Source: an uncultured virus (IMG/VR IMGVR_UViG_3300021093_006163)
Taxonomy: Duplodnaviria > Heunggongvirae > Uroviricota > Caudoviricetes
DNA length: 64,000 bases
Direction: 5' to 3' (one strand)
Virus record (IMG/VR): IMGVR_UViG_3300021093_006163
The position numbers and the translations under genes were made by a program. Below are positions 9,907 to 18,854 of the stretch, in pieces (the stretch's first letter is position 1; every line of letters starts with the position of its first letter). Under the pieces are notes generated by a model that did no database searches, had not been told where the DNA came from, and saw only the letters and a program-made list of their open reading frames with translations.

Positions 9907-10278
9907 CTAGTATTTGCTCTTAATCCTATCGTGAATAATCCTGTCTTTATTAACGTATGCCTCAAAAAGCTCATCTGGGGTAATGCCCATGATGATGAGG
10001 AGGGAGAGAAAGTAGTTGAAAGAGTCAACCATCTCCTCCTTGAAGGCAGCTCGATCAAAATCTCGAATCTCTGTCTGTCGATGAGACTTTGCATTCTTCA
10101 GCTCTTGCACCGCCTCAAAGACCTCCTCGACACCTCGAAGTGCAAGATCTCTGAGATGCTGCTGCGTAGCCTTGTTTGTCAGATCAACAGGCATCTCTGG
10201 ATAGACATCTGGGACCTGCTTCTGTAGAGCCATCATAAAGGCTCTGCGAAGGTCAAACATCTGATCGAGCTTGTCCAA
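9907..10278 (-). CDS. all-alpha dUTPase/MazG-like NTP pyrophosphatase
   Basis: VEEVFEA...KSH...EEMVDSFNY...YVNK...R motif. Confidence 0.8.
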   Translation of the reverse strand: MDKLDQMFDLRRAFMMALQKQVPDVYPEMPVDLTNKATQQHLRDLALRGVEEVFEAVQELKNAKSHRQTEIRDFDRAAFKEEMVDSFNYFLSLLIIMGITPDELFEAYVNKDRIIHDRIKSKY

Positions 10279-10279
10279 A

Positions 10280-10519
10280 TTATTCCTCTAGAGACTCAGG
10301 TGGTGACATGGCTGCAATGGCAGCAATCATTCTGTTAAGATTCTCATCAAAGTTGCTGAGATAGGCGGTATCAGGAGAAAGCTGACCTCGTTCATCAACA
10401 ACCAGTCGAATCGTCCTGAGGTTGTCAACGATGTCAGTGCCTGATAGAATCGCGATCTGAAGAAGCTTCGCAATCTGTGAGATTGTGTCATCTGAAAGTC
10501 CGTATACTGATGTTGTCAT
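10280..10519 (-). CDS. hypothetical protein
   Basis: Compact ORF with AAGGA RBS in operon context. Confidence 0.7.
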   Translation of the reverse strand: MTTSVYGLSDDTISQIAKLLQIAILSGTDIVDNLRTIRLVVDERGQLSPDTAYLSNFDENLNRMIAAIAAMSPPESLEE

Positions 10520-10529
10520 TTTATTTTCC

Positions 10530-11333
10530 TTAATTCTGAATTTCTGGGATCCAGAAGGTAGTCCGTCCGTCCTTCGTCGTCTCTCTCTTTACCTCTCTAC
10601 CTTCTGGATCCTTGAGCTGATTGTAGACTGCAAAGCGGCGACTGTAATCTCCCTTTTTTCCATCGAATCCTGAAAATGTGTAAATGGTAGCGCCACCAGT
10701 CTCATATGACTTCCTAATTACATTTTTAATCACAAAATTGAGAGTTTTCAACTCATTTTCAGATAAAGAACTAGTCATTCTATGCGGGCTAAGTCTACTA
10801 AAATACAAGCATTCAGACTTTAGATAGTTTCCTACTCCGCTGATTATAGACTGATCCATAAGAACTTCTGCTAGCGTTCTATTCTTCTTCTTAATAGATC
10901 TAATAAATACAGAATCTAATACATCCTCAGCAAGCATGTCTGGGCCTAAAGTCTTCAGCTTCTCTGCCAGTGAATCTTTTTTGTCAATTAGTTTTAACGT
11001 GCCGAAGTTTCTCATATCATTGAAGTAGATCCTTCCTCCGTCGTCCAGATCAAACTGAATTCTGCTGTGCTTTCTCTCGACAGCTGACCAGCTTCCGGTC
11101 ATTCCTAAAGTATTGAAAACGTGCTTTCCATTTTCAAGACTAATGAAAATGAACTTTCCCTTACAGCCAACCTCAGAAACTTTAATATTTAGAAAACGAT
11201 TCAGATTTTCCCAACCTTCAGGGTTCTTCTTTGTGTAGCGACCAGATAAGATCTGCACATTCACAATGCCTCTGTCAAGGATGTAATTTCTAATTCCATC
11301 AGACACAACTTTTACTTCAGGTCCTTCAGGCGT
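10530..11333 (-). CDS. mutM: Fpg/Nei-family DNA glycosylase; probable ACG start at 11333
   Basis: In-frame PEGPEV upstream of the ORF-track start; KGK, LGMTGSW, NDMRNFG, LGPD, DQSIISGVGNY (H2TH), zincless finger GRTTFW. Confidence 0.88.
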   Translation of the reverse strand, partial: TPEGPEVKVVSDGIRNYILDRGIVNVQILSGRYTKKNPEGWENLNRFLNIKVSEVGCKGKFIFISLENGKHVFNTLGMTGSWSAVERKHSRIQFDLDDGGRIYFNDMRNFGTLKLIDKKDSLAEKLKTLGPDMLAEDVLDSVFIRSIKKKNRTLAEVLMDQSIISGVGNYLKSECLYFSRLSPHRMTSSLSENELKTLNFVIKNVIRKSYETGGATIYTFSGFDGKKGDYSRRFAVYNQLKDPEGREVKRETTKDGRTTFWIPEIQN

Positions 11334-11763
11334 AGCACACCTCCTTTTTTTGTTGAGAATTTACCCACTTCCAGTAATTCTTTAGCGCGCCATCCTTCGG
11401 TTCAGGAATTCCTGCCCAGTTGTGGCGACAGAAAATCTCATATGCTGCAGCTGCATACTCTCCGACACCATGAAGATCTTTCGGCTCAGACCCTTCCCAG
11501 GAAAGATAGTCAGATGACATCTTGATTAAGGTCTTTGCACGTCGCTCTCCAAGTCCCAGATTCTTTACAAGTTCATGCACATCATCAAATCGAGCACATG
11601 ACGCTTGCTTTGCACTGGGCCATCTATCAAAGAAACGCCACATGATTGGCTCAGCATCGACGCGCTTGGTTAGATTGCAGAAGATACAAACAACAAAAAT
11701 ACGCCAGGGGTCATGCTGGACGTGCTCTTGAATGAGATTATATGGCGAATGCGGTGCGTGCAT
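11326..11763 (-). CDS. MBD4-like HhH-GPD DNA glycosylase
   Basis: SPYNLIQE..HDPWRIFVVCIFCN, LHGVGEY and PKDGALKNYWKW resemble the MBD4 catalytic domain. Confidence 0.8.
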   Translation of the reverse strand: MHAPHSPYNLIQEHVQHDPWRIFVVCIFCNLTKRVDAEPIMWRFFDRWPSAKQASCARFDDVHELVKNLGLGERRAKTLIKMSSDYLSWEGSEPKDLHGVGEYAAAAYEIFCRHNWAGIPEPKDGALKNYWKWVNSQQKKEVCYA

Positions 11764-11808
11764 GTCATATAATAAAGTAAAAATATGATTTTTATAAATT
11801 GAGACCTG

Positions 11809-12081
11809 TCAAGAGGTTTTTGGAAGCTTCTTTAAAAGACTTCCTGCCCATTTTGGTGCCTGATCGATGTAGACCTTTAGCGCATATCTGTGGGCCCGGC
11901 GTCGATCCTGATCTTTCTCTTTCATCGCGTGATGAACAACAGAGCTATAGATCGACCTAAATCGACGGCTCTCCTTGTCGATTTCATCTTCGTCTCTGTC
12001 TGATTTCTCAAGCATAGCTCTAAAGAACCTTATCACCCTGCTTGAGATCTTGTCAGGCTTCGGTGCGTACTTCGATGGCAT
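11809..12081 (-). CDS. hypothetical protein
   Basis: ORF preceded by ATAGTTA motif. Confidence 0.6.
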   Translation of the reverse strand: MPSKYAPKPDKISSRVIRFFRAMLEKSDRDEDEIDKESRRFRSIYSSVVHHAMKEKDQDRRRAHRYALKVYIDQAPKWAGSLLKKLPKTS

Positions 12082-12090
12082 AAATTCTAA

Positions 12091-12345
12091 CTATCGATGT
12101 ACACCGCAGTGAATGCGACTGTCTCTGTGACGGTGACAATCTCTGGCAGGTGCCGGAGGAGATACGTGACGAACTTGCATTGCAATCCATCTTCCTGGCA
12201 CCCAGTATCCCCAGCGATCATAGTGTCCAGGTACCCAGCGTGAGGCAGGAGCTGTGTACACGACAACCTGTGCGTAAGGAGCTGGTGGATGCTTAACCGG
12301 GTGAGCGTGTGCTATGCAAGAAAAGAGAAGTCCGATTAAAAACAT
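12091..12345 (-). CDS. small exported protein with WVPG(H/R)(Y/W) repeats (YXWGXW-like)
   Basis: Hydrophobic N-terminus ending AHA; WVPGHY and WVPGRW; AGGAGG RBS. Confidence 0.6.
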   Translation of the reverse strand: MFLIGLLFSCIAHAHPVKHPPAPYAQVVVYTAPASRWVPGHYDRWGYWVPGRWIAMQVRHVSPPAPARDCHRHRDSRIHCGVHR

Positions 12346-12386
12346 TTTGCCTCCTAATATTAGTACCGGCTAAGCAATCAAAATAT

Positions 12387-13019
12387 TCAATAGCCAAATG
12401 CCTCAATTGTGTTTCGGAACGGATTTCCTGGGATTTCTTTGACCTGCTTTAGCATGTCCTCTGCGAGCCAGCAGATCTCGCGCTGAGCATCTGGCTTTAG
12501 TCGAAGACCGAGAAAGTGAGCAAATGATCTCCAGTTGAACATTATGTCCATTGTGATCTGATTGCCGTATGGAAGGTAAAATCGAGCAGATTCCTTCGCG
12601 CGCTTACGATCCATCCCACTATCCACCAGTCGCTTTAGGGTATCATGGTAGCGCATGAGAGCGTCCTCCATGAACGCGATGTAACGTGCCTGCTCCTCTA
12701 GCGACCAGTCCTTGGGCAGATAATACTTGTCGTCCTTGAGCTCTTTATAGCGGGAGCTTTCTGCATTAACAGATACGCCAACTCGATGCTTGATGACATG
12801 TATATGTGTAGCCACATCGGTTGTCACAAGAAAATGCAATGAACTCTTCTCAAAAACCGTGTGGTGCCCATTGTCGGCAAGCATTTTCAAAAGCTGCGGC
12901 ATTCTACCACGCTTCTCGTCTGAAAGATCTCGGGATGTAGATGTCCACGCGGACAGCGCATGAGTCTCATCTGAGCCATACCAGCCTGTCAGTTCTACCT
13001 TATTTTCTTGAAATGGCAT
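12387..13019 (-). CDS. thyX: flavin-dependent thymidylate synthase
   Basis: GHHTVFEK, KHRVGVSVNAESSRY, ESARFYLP, NWRSFAHFLGLR..AQREI. Confidence 0.9.
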   Translation of the reverse strand: MPFQENKVELTGWYGSDETHALSAWTSTSRDLSDEKRGRMPQLLKMLADNGHHTVFEKSSLHFLVTTDVATHIHVIKHRVGVSVNAESSRYKELKDDKYYLPKDWSLEEQARYIAFMEDALMRYHDTLKRLVDSGMDRKRAKESARFYLPYGNQITMDIMFNWRSFAHFLGLRLKPDAQREICWLAEDMLKQVKEIPGNPFRNTIEAFGY

Positions 13020-13224
13020 CCCTTATTTGCTCCCTTGCATATTTGTCCCAAACTATCTCAAATAACCACTGAAGAAGCGTGAGTGACATACCCGATACAA
13101 GAACAATCATTGATGATGCAACAATGTCTCCTGTAAAAAGGTATGTCACCCACGCTCCAAACAGCATTGAGAACACTCTCCAGACGACTGTCTTGATAAG
13201 CAGCTCAAAGCTGTTTGAGTTCAC
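13000..13224 (-). CDS. small membrane protein (DUF2061-like)
   Basis: LIKTVVWR...YLFTG...FEIVW pattern; two hydrophobic segments. Confidence 0.65.
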   Translation of the reverse strand: MNSNSFELLIKTVVWRVFSMLFGAWVTYLFTGDIVASSMIVLVSGMSLTLLQWLFEIVWDKYAREQIRDAISRK

Positions 13225-14246
13225 TATGATGCCTCGAGAAGGAGGCGAGTGACAACGTAGGGATCAATGTTTGCGCATGGACGCCGATCCTCAAAATACC
13301 CGCATCCTGCTTTTGCAACGTGCAATGGAATTCTGATAGAGGCACCCCTATCTGAAACACCGCACCTAAACTCCTTGTATGAGCAGGTCTCATGCTGCCC
13401 AGTTAGTCTCTGTTCAATGCCATGCCCATAATGGGGGATGTAGTCATCATGCAGCCTTCTCAGTATGCTGATGATTCGATCAATCTCTGTCATTCCTCCA
13501 GACTCGTCACGAGTTGCAGCAGTCGACCAATTCGTGTGAGCACCAGCACCATTGAGCTCTCGAACGGGCTTTGGATCAAGCTTGGCGTTGATGCCATGCT
13601 TCTCTCCGATCCTATACAAGAGCCACCTTGCCAGCCACAGATGATCAGAAACTTTGACAGGATCACCTGTTCCAATCTGAAACTCCCACTGGCCGGGCAT
13701 AACCTCAGCGTTTAGGCCGCAGATCAAAAGCCCTGCATCCATGCATGCCTTCATGTGGTCCTCAACCAGATCACGCCCACACACTTCATCAGCGCCAACC
13801 CCGCAGTAATAGGGTCCTTGCTGCGGAGGATACCCGCCATCAGGCCACCCAAGAGGAGTGCCACCTCTGAAAAGCGTGTATTCCTGCTCGATTCCGCACA
13901 TTGGAGCCTTGCTGCTCTTCCTCTCCATCATCTTGACAAGATGGTGACGTGTGTTTGTCCTGTGAGGAGTTCCGTCTGCATTATAGACTTCACAAAGAAC
14001 AAGAATTGCAGGCCGATCTGCTGATCTTATTGGATCCTTGCAGAAAGAGACAGGAACAAGAATGCAGTCGCTCTTGTCTCCGGGTGCCTGGCCAGTTGAA
14101 GAGCCGTCAAAGGTCCACTGAGGAATATCAGATATTCCTAGGGAATCGCCCCCAAACTGAAAAATTTTTGTCTTACTTCTTAGTTTAGAAGTGGGAGTCG
14201 TTCCATCTATCCAAATGTATTCTGCTATTACGTTTAACATTTTCAC
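13224..14246 (-). CDS. glnII: glutamine synthetase type II
   Basis: AEYIWIDG, FDGSST, GIEQEY, NAEVMPGQWEFQ, NGAGAHTN, RLTGQHET, EDRRP. Confidence 0.93.
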   Translation of the reverse strand: MKMLNVIAEYIWIDGTTPTSKLRSKTKIFQFGGDSLGISDIPQWTFDGSSTGQAPGDKSDCILVPVSFCKDPIRSADRPAILVLCEVYNADGTPHRTNTRHHLVKMMERKSSKAPMCGIEQEYTLFRGGTPLGWPDGGYPPQQGPYYCGVGADEVCGRDLVEDHMKACMDAGLLICGLNAEVMPGQWEFQIGTGDPVKVSDHLWLARWLLYRIGEKHGINAKLDPKPVRELNGAGAHTNWSTAATRDESGGMTEIDRIISILRRLHDDYIPHYGHGIEQRLTGQHETCSYKEFRCGVSDRGASIRIPLHVAKAGCGYFEDRRPCANIDPYVVTRLLLEAS

Positions 14247-14849
14247 CTACTCAAAACTGTACTTTATGTCCACTTTGATCTTCATGTTTGGCGACCTCAG
14301 ATGATTTGCGAGGCCGTGTCGCAAAGCTTCGTTTGCATCAATGTACCAATCAGCGTGACTCTTCTCGTGGATGATGTTGAGGAAATACTCAGGCTCCTTT
14401 CCGCAGTTGGCTGCCATCATTCGATAGACCTTCTGGTTGAGCCGTTCTGCCTCCTTTGAGTCTGCCTTAATATCCTCAATCTTTCCAATGGCTCCAGACG
14501 AAACATCGTGAATCATGATCGTAGCGTCGGGATCCATAAATCTGTATCCCTGAGTCCCAAAGGAAAACAGGATCGCTCCGCAGCTCATTGCCTTGCCTTC
14601 AACGATTGTAGCAATTGTAGTTCGAGATGACTTGATGTTACCAATCATTGACATGAGCGAATAGACCTGACCACCGTAAGAGTCAATGATGATTGGAACA
14701 ACAGGCTGCCCGGTTGATTGTGCCAGCGACATCTGCTGTGCAAACTCCTTCGCGGAGTCCTCATCGAACTTGTTGACCCGAATTATTACCGGGCTAGATC
14801 GAAGCTCGACTTCTTTGACAAGAGGAGACACACACGTGATTATGTTCAT
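14247..14849 (-). CDS. clpP: ClpP-like serine protease
   Basis: IDSYGGQV, GKAMSCGAIL, MIHD, and WY..ANEAL..GL motifs. Confidence 0.85.
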   Translation of the reverse strand: MNIITCVSPLVKEVELRSSPVIIRVNKFDEDSAKEFAQQMSLAQSTGQPVVPIIIDSYGGQVYSLMSMIGNIKSSRTTIATIVEGKAMSCGAILFSFGTQGYRFMDPDATIMIHDVSSGAIGKIEDIKADSKEAERLNQKVYRMMAANCGKEPEYFLNIIHEKSHADWYIDANEALRHGLANHLRSPNMKIKVDIKYSFE

Positions 14850-14884
14850 GAATACAAGGATACTGCGTGCGTGGCTGTTTTATC

Positions 14885-17800
14885 CTATGAGCACTTGGAA
14901 TATGAGCAATTCTTGCAGGAAAGACAGCCTTCCTGGTACACAAGCTCGGTATTTCCACATTGCGGGCACCCCTTCTCTGATGATGCAGTTCCATCCTTGA
15001 TGTACCCCTTCAGCACTCTTGCAATGACTCTTGCAAAAGAGAACATGTCGCTGTTCTTGTCCTTCTGGAGCTGCTCAACAACGTAATGAAGAGGAACCTC
15101 ATGACGGAGCGCAAGAGACACTGTCCGAGAGAATGCGCCCTGTGTGGGATTATCAAACAGGTTGATGATGTCCTTAAAGACGAGATTCTCGTCGTCGCCA
15201 ACAGGAACCTGCAAATTGTACGTGGTTACACCCTCGCGCTTGCCGTTCTTGACAAGAATACCAGACTTATACTTCTTTGGAATCTCAATATTCTCAGGTA
15301 TTCCGCAGAACACCTCGTATGGCTTTCCATCGAGGAGACCGACAAGGACAAGCCAGGATTCTGATGCTTCACCGTTTCGAACATTTGCACGGTGAATATC
15401 ACAGGGAAGAGACTTGGCACGCTTAGGAATGAGCCTTCCATCGTCTACCTTCTTTTCCTTCCTTGACTCATCTGCCTGGACTAGAACACCTGTACGACAT
15501 CCATCCCGGTAAACAGTGAATCCCTTACAACCTGACTTCCAAGCCTTCATGTAGACGTCATTGACGGTCTCACGGGTAGCTGAATTGGGGAGGTTGCAAG
15601 TTTTTGATATTGAGTGATCAACCCATCGCTGCGCAGCTGCCTGGATCTCCACGCTCTTCACCCAGTCGATGTCATTTGCTGTGCTGCCCCAGTATGGGCT
15701 CTCCTGCGGATCCGTTTTACCTGTCACGTCCATCCACTTCTTGAACCAGTGATGGTAGACCGTGTACTCCTGCCACTTATCACCCATCGGGTCTATGAAA
15801 TCAACTCGTGACGCAAAGTCGCCCTGAGTTATCTTCTTTCTGCGCTTGTATGAGAGGAGGAAGGCAGGCTCGATGCCAGATGTTGTCTGTGTGAGAATAG
15901 AAACAGAACCGACTGGTGCTGTGGTGGTGAGTGCGATGTTGCGTCGACCTGTGGTCTGCCACATGTTGCGCGTCTCCGCGCTAAGCTCGCTGACTGCATC
16001 CATGACATTGTTTAGATACCTGTGGTCCTTCTCCTTCTCGTAGTCCCAGACAGGGAATGCTCCGCGCTCCTTAGCCATGACGAGCGAGGAATAGTGTGCC
16101 CACCGCGCCAGGTTGCGGTATATTACCTCTGTCATTTGAATTGAATCGTCGGAGCCGTACTTGAATCCAAGCGCTGCAAGCGCATCACCAAGCCCTGTGA
16201 TGCCGAGACCAGTACGGCGGCCGTTGAGACCGGCGGCTCTGATCTTCGCCCAGAGGTCGCGCTCAATCTTCTTCACGTGCTCAGGCTGCGGGTCACGATC
16301 GATCTTTGTAAGCACTCGATCGACACATTCAACCTCAAGATCGACAAGGTCATCCATGAGACGTTGCGCTGCGTAGACAACCTTTCCGAATCTCTCAAAG
16401 TCAAAGCCGGCATTTCCCGTGAAGGGCTCATTCACGAATGTGGTGAGATTAACAACCATAAGGCGGCAGCTGTCATAGGGACTGAGTGGGATCTCACCGC
16501 ATTGACGACTCGCAAGAATCAGGTCAGCCCTGTTCCTGAACCTCTCGATCTCCTCGCTGCCAACCCTGAAGCAGAAAGTGTGAACATCGTCAACGGTTCC
16601 GTTGTAGACATCCTCACTTCCTGCAGGCTCAACTGAGATTACACGATGGTTGAAGCTCTCGGCAGCGGACTTGAGATCGCTCCACGAGGCGAATCCATTC
16701 TGGGTTCCGATGCGAGGCGAGCATCCAGCCTGCTTGCAAGCAGCCTCCCACTCCTTAAAGAAGGGCATCCTGCTCAGATCGCTGCGAACAGACGTGAACA
16801 CGCTGAGCTGCGCCTGACGCTTCTTTTCACCTCTGGCAGTATGCATCGATCTTAGTGTCGCAGCTCGACGCTGATTCTTTCCAGCTCGTCGATTAGCGTA
16901 GGTGTTGGAGCAAGAATGACTGCAGAAAGAAACCTCGCGTCTGTCATACTCTGACCAGAACGAGCCCTTGCACCACTCACATGTCTTTTCCACGTGAAGC
17001 TCGCCGTTGGTCAATTGCCAGCGATAGCCGTTGGACTCTGCGTGAAGAGCGCGTCGTGCCATACGAGGATCCATGTCGCAGATATCAGAATCGATACCGC
17101 AAGAAATTGCGATTTCATAGCAGGCTTCAGAGAAACTCTTACCACCAAGCCTAAAGTTATTCAGGAAGGTCGGGAAGTTGTTCTCCTTGGCGAACGCCAC
17201 CCAGTCCGAGAGCGTCACGCGTCGATTGATGCTAATCGTCAGCTTCATGATAGCGTCGACGATCGAATCATTTGAGGCTTCGTAGGCACGAGGATTGTTC
17301 ATGCCACCCACTGACTTCGACATTTTTTCAGAGTATTCGGCGAACTTGACGGGGTCTGCCTTGATCTTGAAGATCGGATTATTCTCGCCCTTGATCAGAT
17401 CAGCGTGATAGCGATCATGAGCTTCCTTGCTCATCAATACGAGATTACTCGGATGATTGTTTAGAGAATTGAAGTCAGCGTGATGAATGACCTCATCCTT
17501 TCCAATCTTTTTGCCGTTGAAGTGTTCCCACATAATGCGGTGAGCAGCCTTCCAGGTTCGATTTCCACCACTTCGAATCCAGCTGTAGTCCTGGGATGCC
17601 GTCGCGCGGAGCCCTGGCATTGCCTCATTGAACTTGCCATTGACATGATGAGAGATCCAGAGCGAATCACCGGTGATCAGGTCTTTCACCTCACGCTCAC
17701 TTCCATCGCGCATGATCATCTTGTGATTGCCAGTTGCTCGGAACGAGTGTCCACCCTCGACGGTCACACGATAGATCTGTGCGCTCTTTCCAGTGACACG

Positions 17801-18823
17801 AGGATTTCTCATCGTCTTGATGACAAGCTTACCGTCTTCATCGCATGCGAAGACAGGCACGTCGCTTCCTTCATCTGCGAGCGTCTTGATAGCGACAAAA
17901 CCACGACCATCTGCGACCATGACCTCTGTGTCGCCGGTCACGCAAGGATTCGTGGAGATCGTCTTGTAACCTACATCCCTGTAGTTGTCTACGATGCCAT
18001 TGTTGACGACAGTGTCCCAGAAGAGCGCACCCGGTTCGGCGGAGGACCACGCCGCGTCGACAAACTTGTCCCAGACCTGCTTGGCATTGACAGTCTTTGT
18101 GATCTGTGCACTCTCCACTGGAGCTTCAACGGGCCAACGCAACGTGAAGTCTTCACCGCTCTCGACCGCCTGCATGAACTCGTCTGTGAAGCGGATGGAG
18201 ATGTTCGCACCCGTCACCTTCTTCAGGTCACGCTTGATGTCAATGAAGGTCTCGATCTCGGGATGGCGACAGTCGATTGTGAGCATGAGCGCGCCACGAC
18301 GTCCGCCCTGGGCAACCTCACGGGTGGAGTTGCTGAACCTCTCCATGAACACGCCGATGCCGTCGGTCGTTCTTGCAGCGTTAGTGGTGGGTTGGCCCTT
18401 TGGACGAATCGTCGAAACGTCAAAGCCAACACCACCACGACGCTTCATGATCTGGACTTGTTCCTGATCGGTGAAGAGGATTCCTGCGTAGCTATCGTGA
18501 GGCTGTTCCACAACGAAACAGTTAGAGAGTGACTGGAGCTGGTACGGGTTGCCTATTCCGGACATCGGTGATCCCTGTGGGACGACCTGGGCAAACCCCT
18601 TCAGGAGGTCGTAGATCTCCTCCTCTCCCATCGGGTTCGGGTACTTGGCCTCGATCCTCGCAAACTCCCTTGCCAGACGACGATGCATCTGGTCGGGATT
18701 CGCCTCAAGAAGATCTTCACCGTTGCGAAGTGCATACTTCAAAAAAACGTCAGGAGCTAGCTCATCACCGCCGAAATATTCAGACGTTTCACGAAGCGCT
18801 CTAGCTTTGACAGACTCAGACAT
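14885..18823 (-). CDS. nrdJ: class II (AdoCbl-dependent) ribonucleotide reductase containing an intein
   Basis: LSNCFV, RRGGVG, GGRRGA, TNP/CGE, TAPVGS, GIEP, KGFTVYRDG, C-terminal Zn ribbon; no R2 gene in the window. Confidence 0.92.
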   Translation of the reverse strand: MSESVKARALRETSEYFGGDELAPDVFLKYALRNGEDLLEANPDQMHRRLAREFARIEAKYPNPMGEEEIYDLLKGFAQVVPQGSPMSGIGNPYQLQSLSNCFVVEQPHDSYAGILFTDQEQVQIMKRRGGVGFDVSTIRPKGQPTTNAARTTDGIGVFMERFSNSTREVAQGGRRGALMLTIDCRHPEIETFIDIKRDLKKVTGANISIRFTDEFMQAVESGEDFTLRWPVEAPVESAQITKTVNAKQVWDKFVDAAWSSAEPGALFWDTVVNNGIVDNYRDVGYKTISTNPCVTGDTEVMVADGRGFVAIKTLADEGSDVPVFACDEDGKLVIKTMRNPRVTGKSAQIYRVTVEGGHSFRATGNHKMIMRDGSEREVKDLITGDSLWISHHVNGKFNEAMPGLRATASQDYSWIRSGGNRTWKAAHRIMWEHFNGKKIGKDEVIHHADFNSLNNHPSNLVLMSKEAHDRYHADLIKGENNPIFKIKADPVKFAEYSEKMSKSVGGMNNPRAYEASNDSIVDAIMKLTISINRRVTLSDWVAFAKENNFPTFLNNFRLGGKSFSEACYEIAISCGIDSDICDMDPRMARRALHAESNGYRWQLTNGELHVEKTCEWCKGSFWSEYDRREVSFCSHSCSNTYANRRAGKNQRRAATLRSMHTARGEKKRQAQLSVFTSVRSDLSRMPFFKEWEAACKQAGCSPRIGTQNGFASWSDLKSAAESFNHRVISVEPAGSEDVYNGTVDDVHTFCFRVGSEEIERFRNRADLILASRQCGEIPLSPYDSCRLMVVNLTTFVNEPFTGNAGFDFERFGKVVYAAQRLMDDLVDLEVECVDRVLTKIDRDPQPEHVKKIERDLWAKIRAAGLNGRRTGLGITGLGDALAALGFKYGSDDSIQMTEVIYRNLARWAHYSSLVMAKERGAFPVWDYEKEKDHRYLNNVMDAVSELSAETRNMWQTTGRRNIALTTTAPVGSVSILTQTTSGIEPAFLLSYKRRKKITQGDFASRVDFIDPMGDKWQEYTVYHHWFKKWMDVTGKTDPQESPYWGSTANDIDWVKSVEIQAAAQRWVDHSISKTCNLPNSATRETVNDVYMKAWKSGCKGFTVYRDGCRTGVLVQADESRKEKKVDDGRLIPKRAKSLPCDIHRANVRNGEASESWLVLVGLLDGKPYEVFCGIPENIEIPKKYKSGILVKNGKREGVTTYNLQVPVGDDENLVFKDIINLFDNPTQGAFSRTVSLALRHEVPLHYVVEQLQKDKNSDMFSFARVIARVLKGYIKDGTASSEKGCPQCGNTELVYQEGCLSCKNCSYSKCS
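16502..17944 (-). mobile_element. 481-aa intein with HNH endonuclease in nrdJ
   Basis: Inserted in TNP|CGE; starts CVTGDTEV, block B ATGNH, HNH HHADFNSLNN..NL, block F DVYNGTV, ends SRQ before Cys+1. Confidence 0.9.
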
Positions 18824-18854
18824 TCAATGCTCCCTGGTGTCCATTATACCTGAA

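Noticed and set aside
9894..10094. Alternative minus-strand ORF overlapping the dUTPase-like gene
   Set aside because: Almost entirely within a better-supported gene in another frame, with no motifs.
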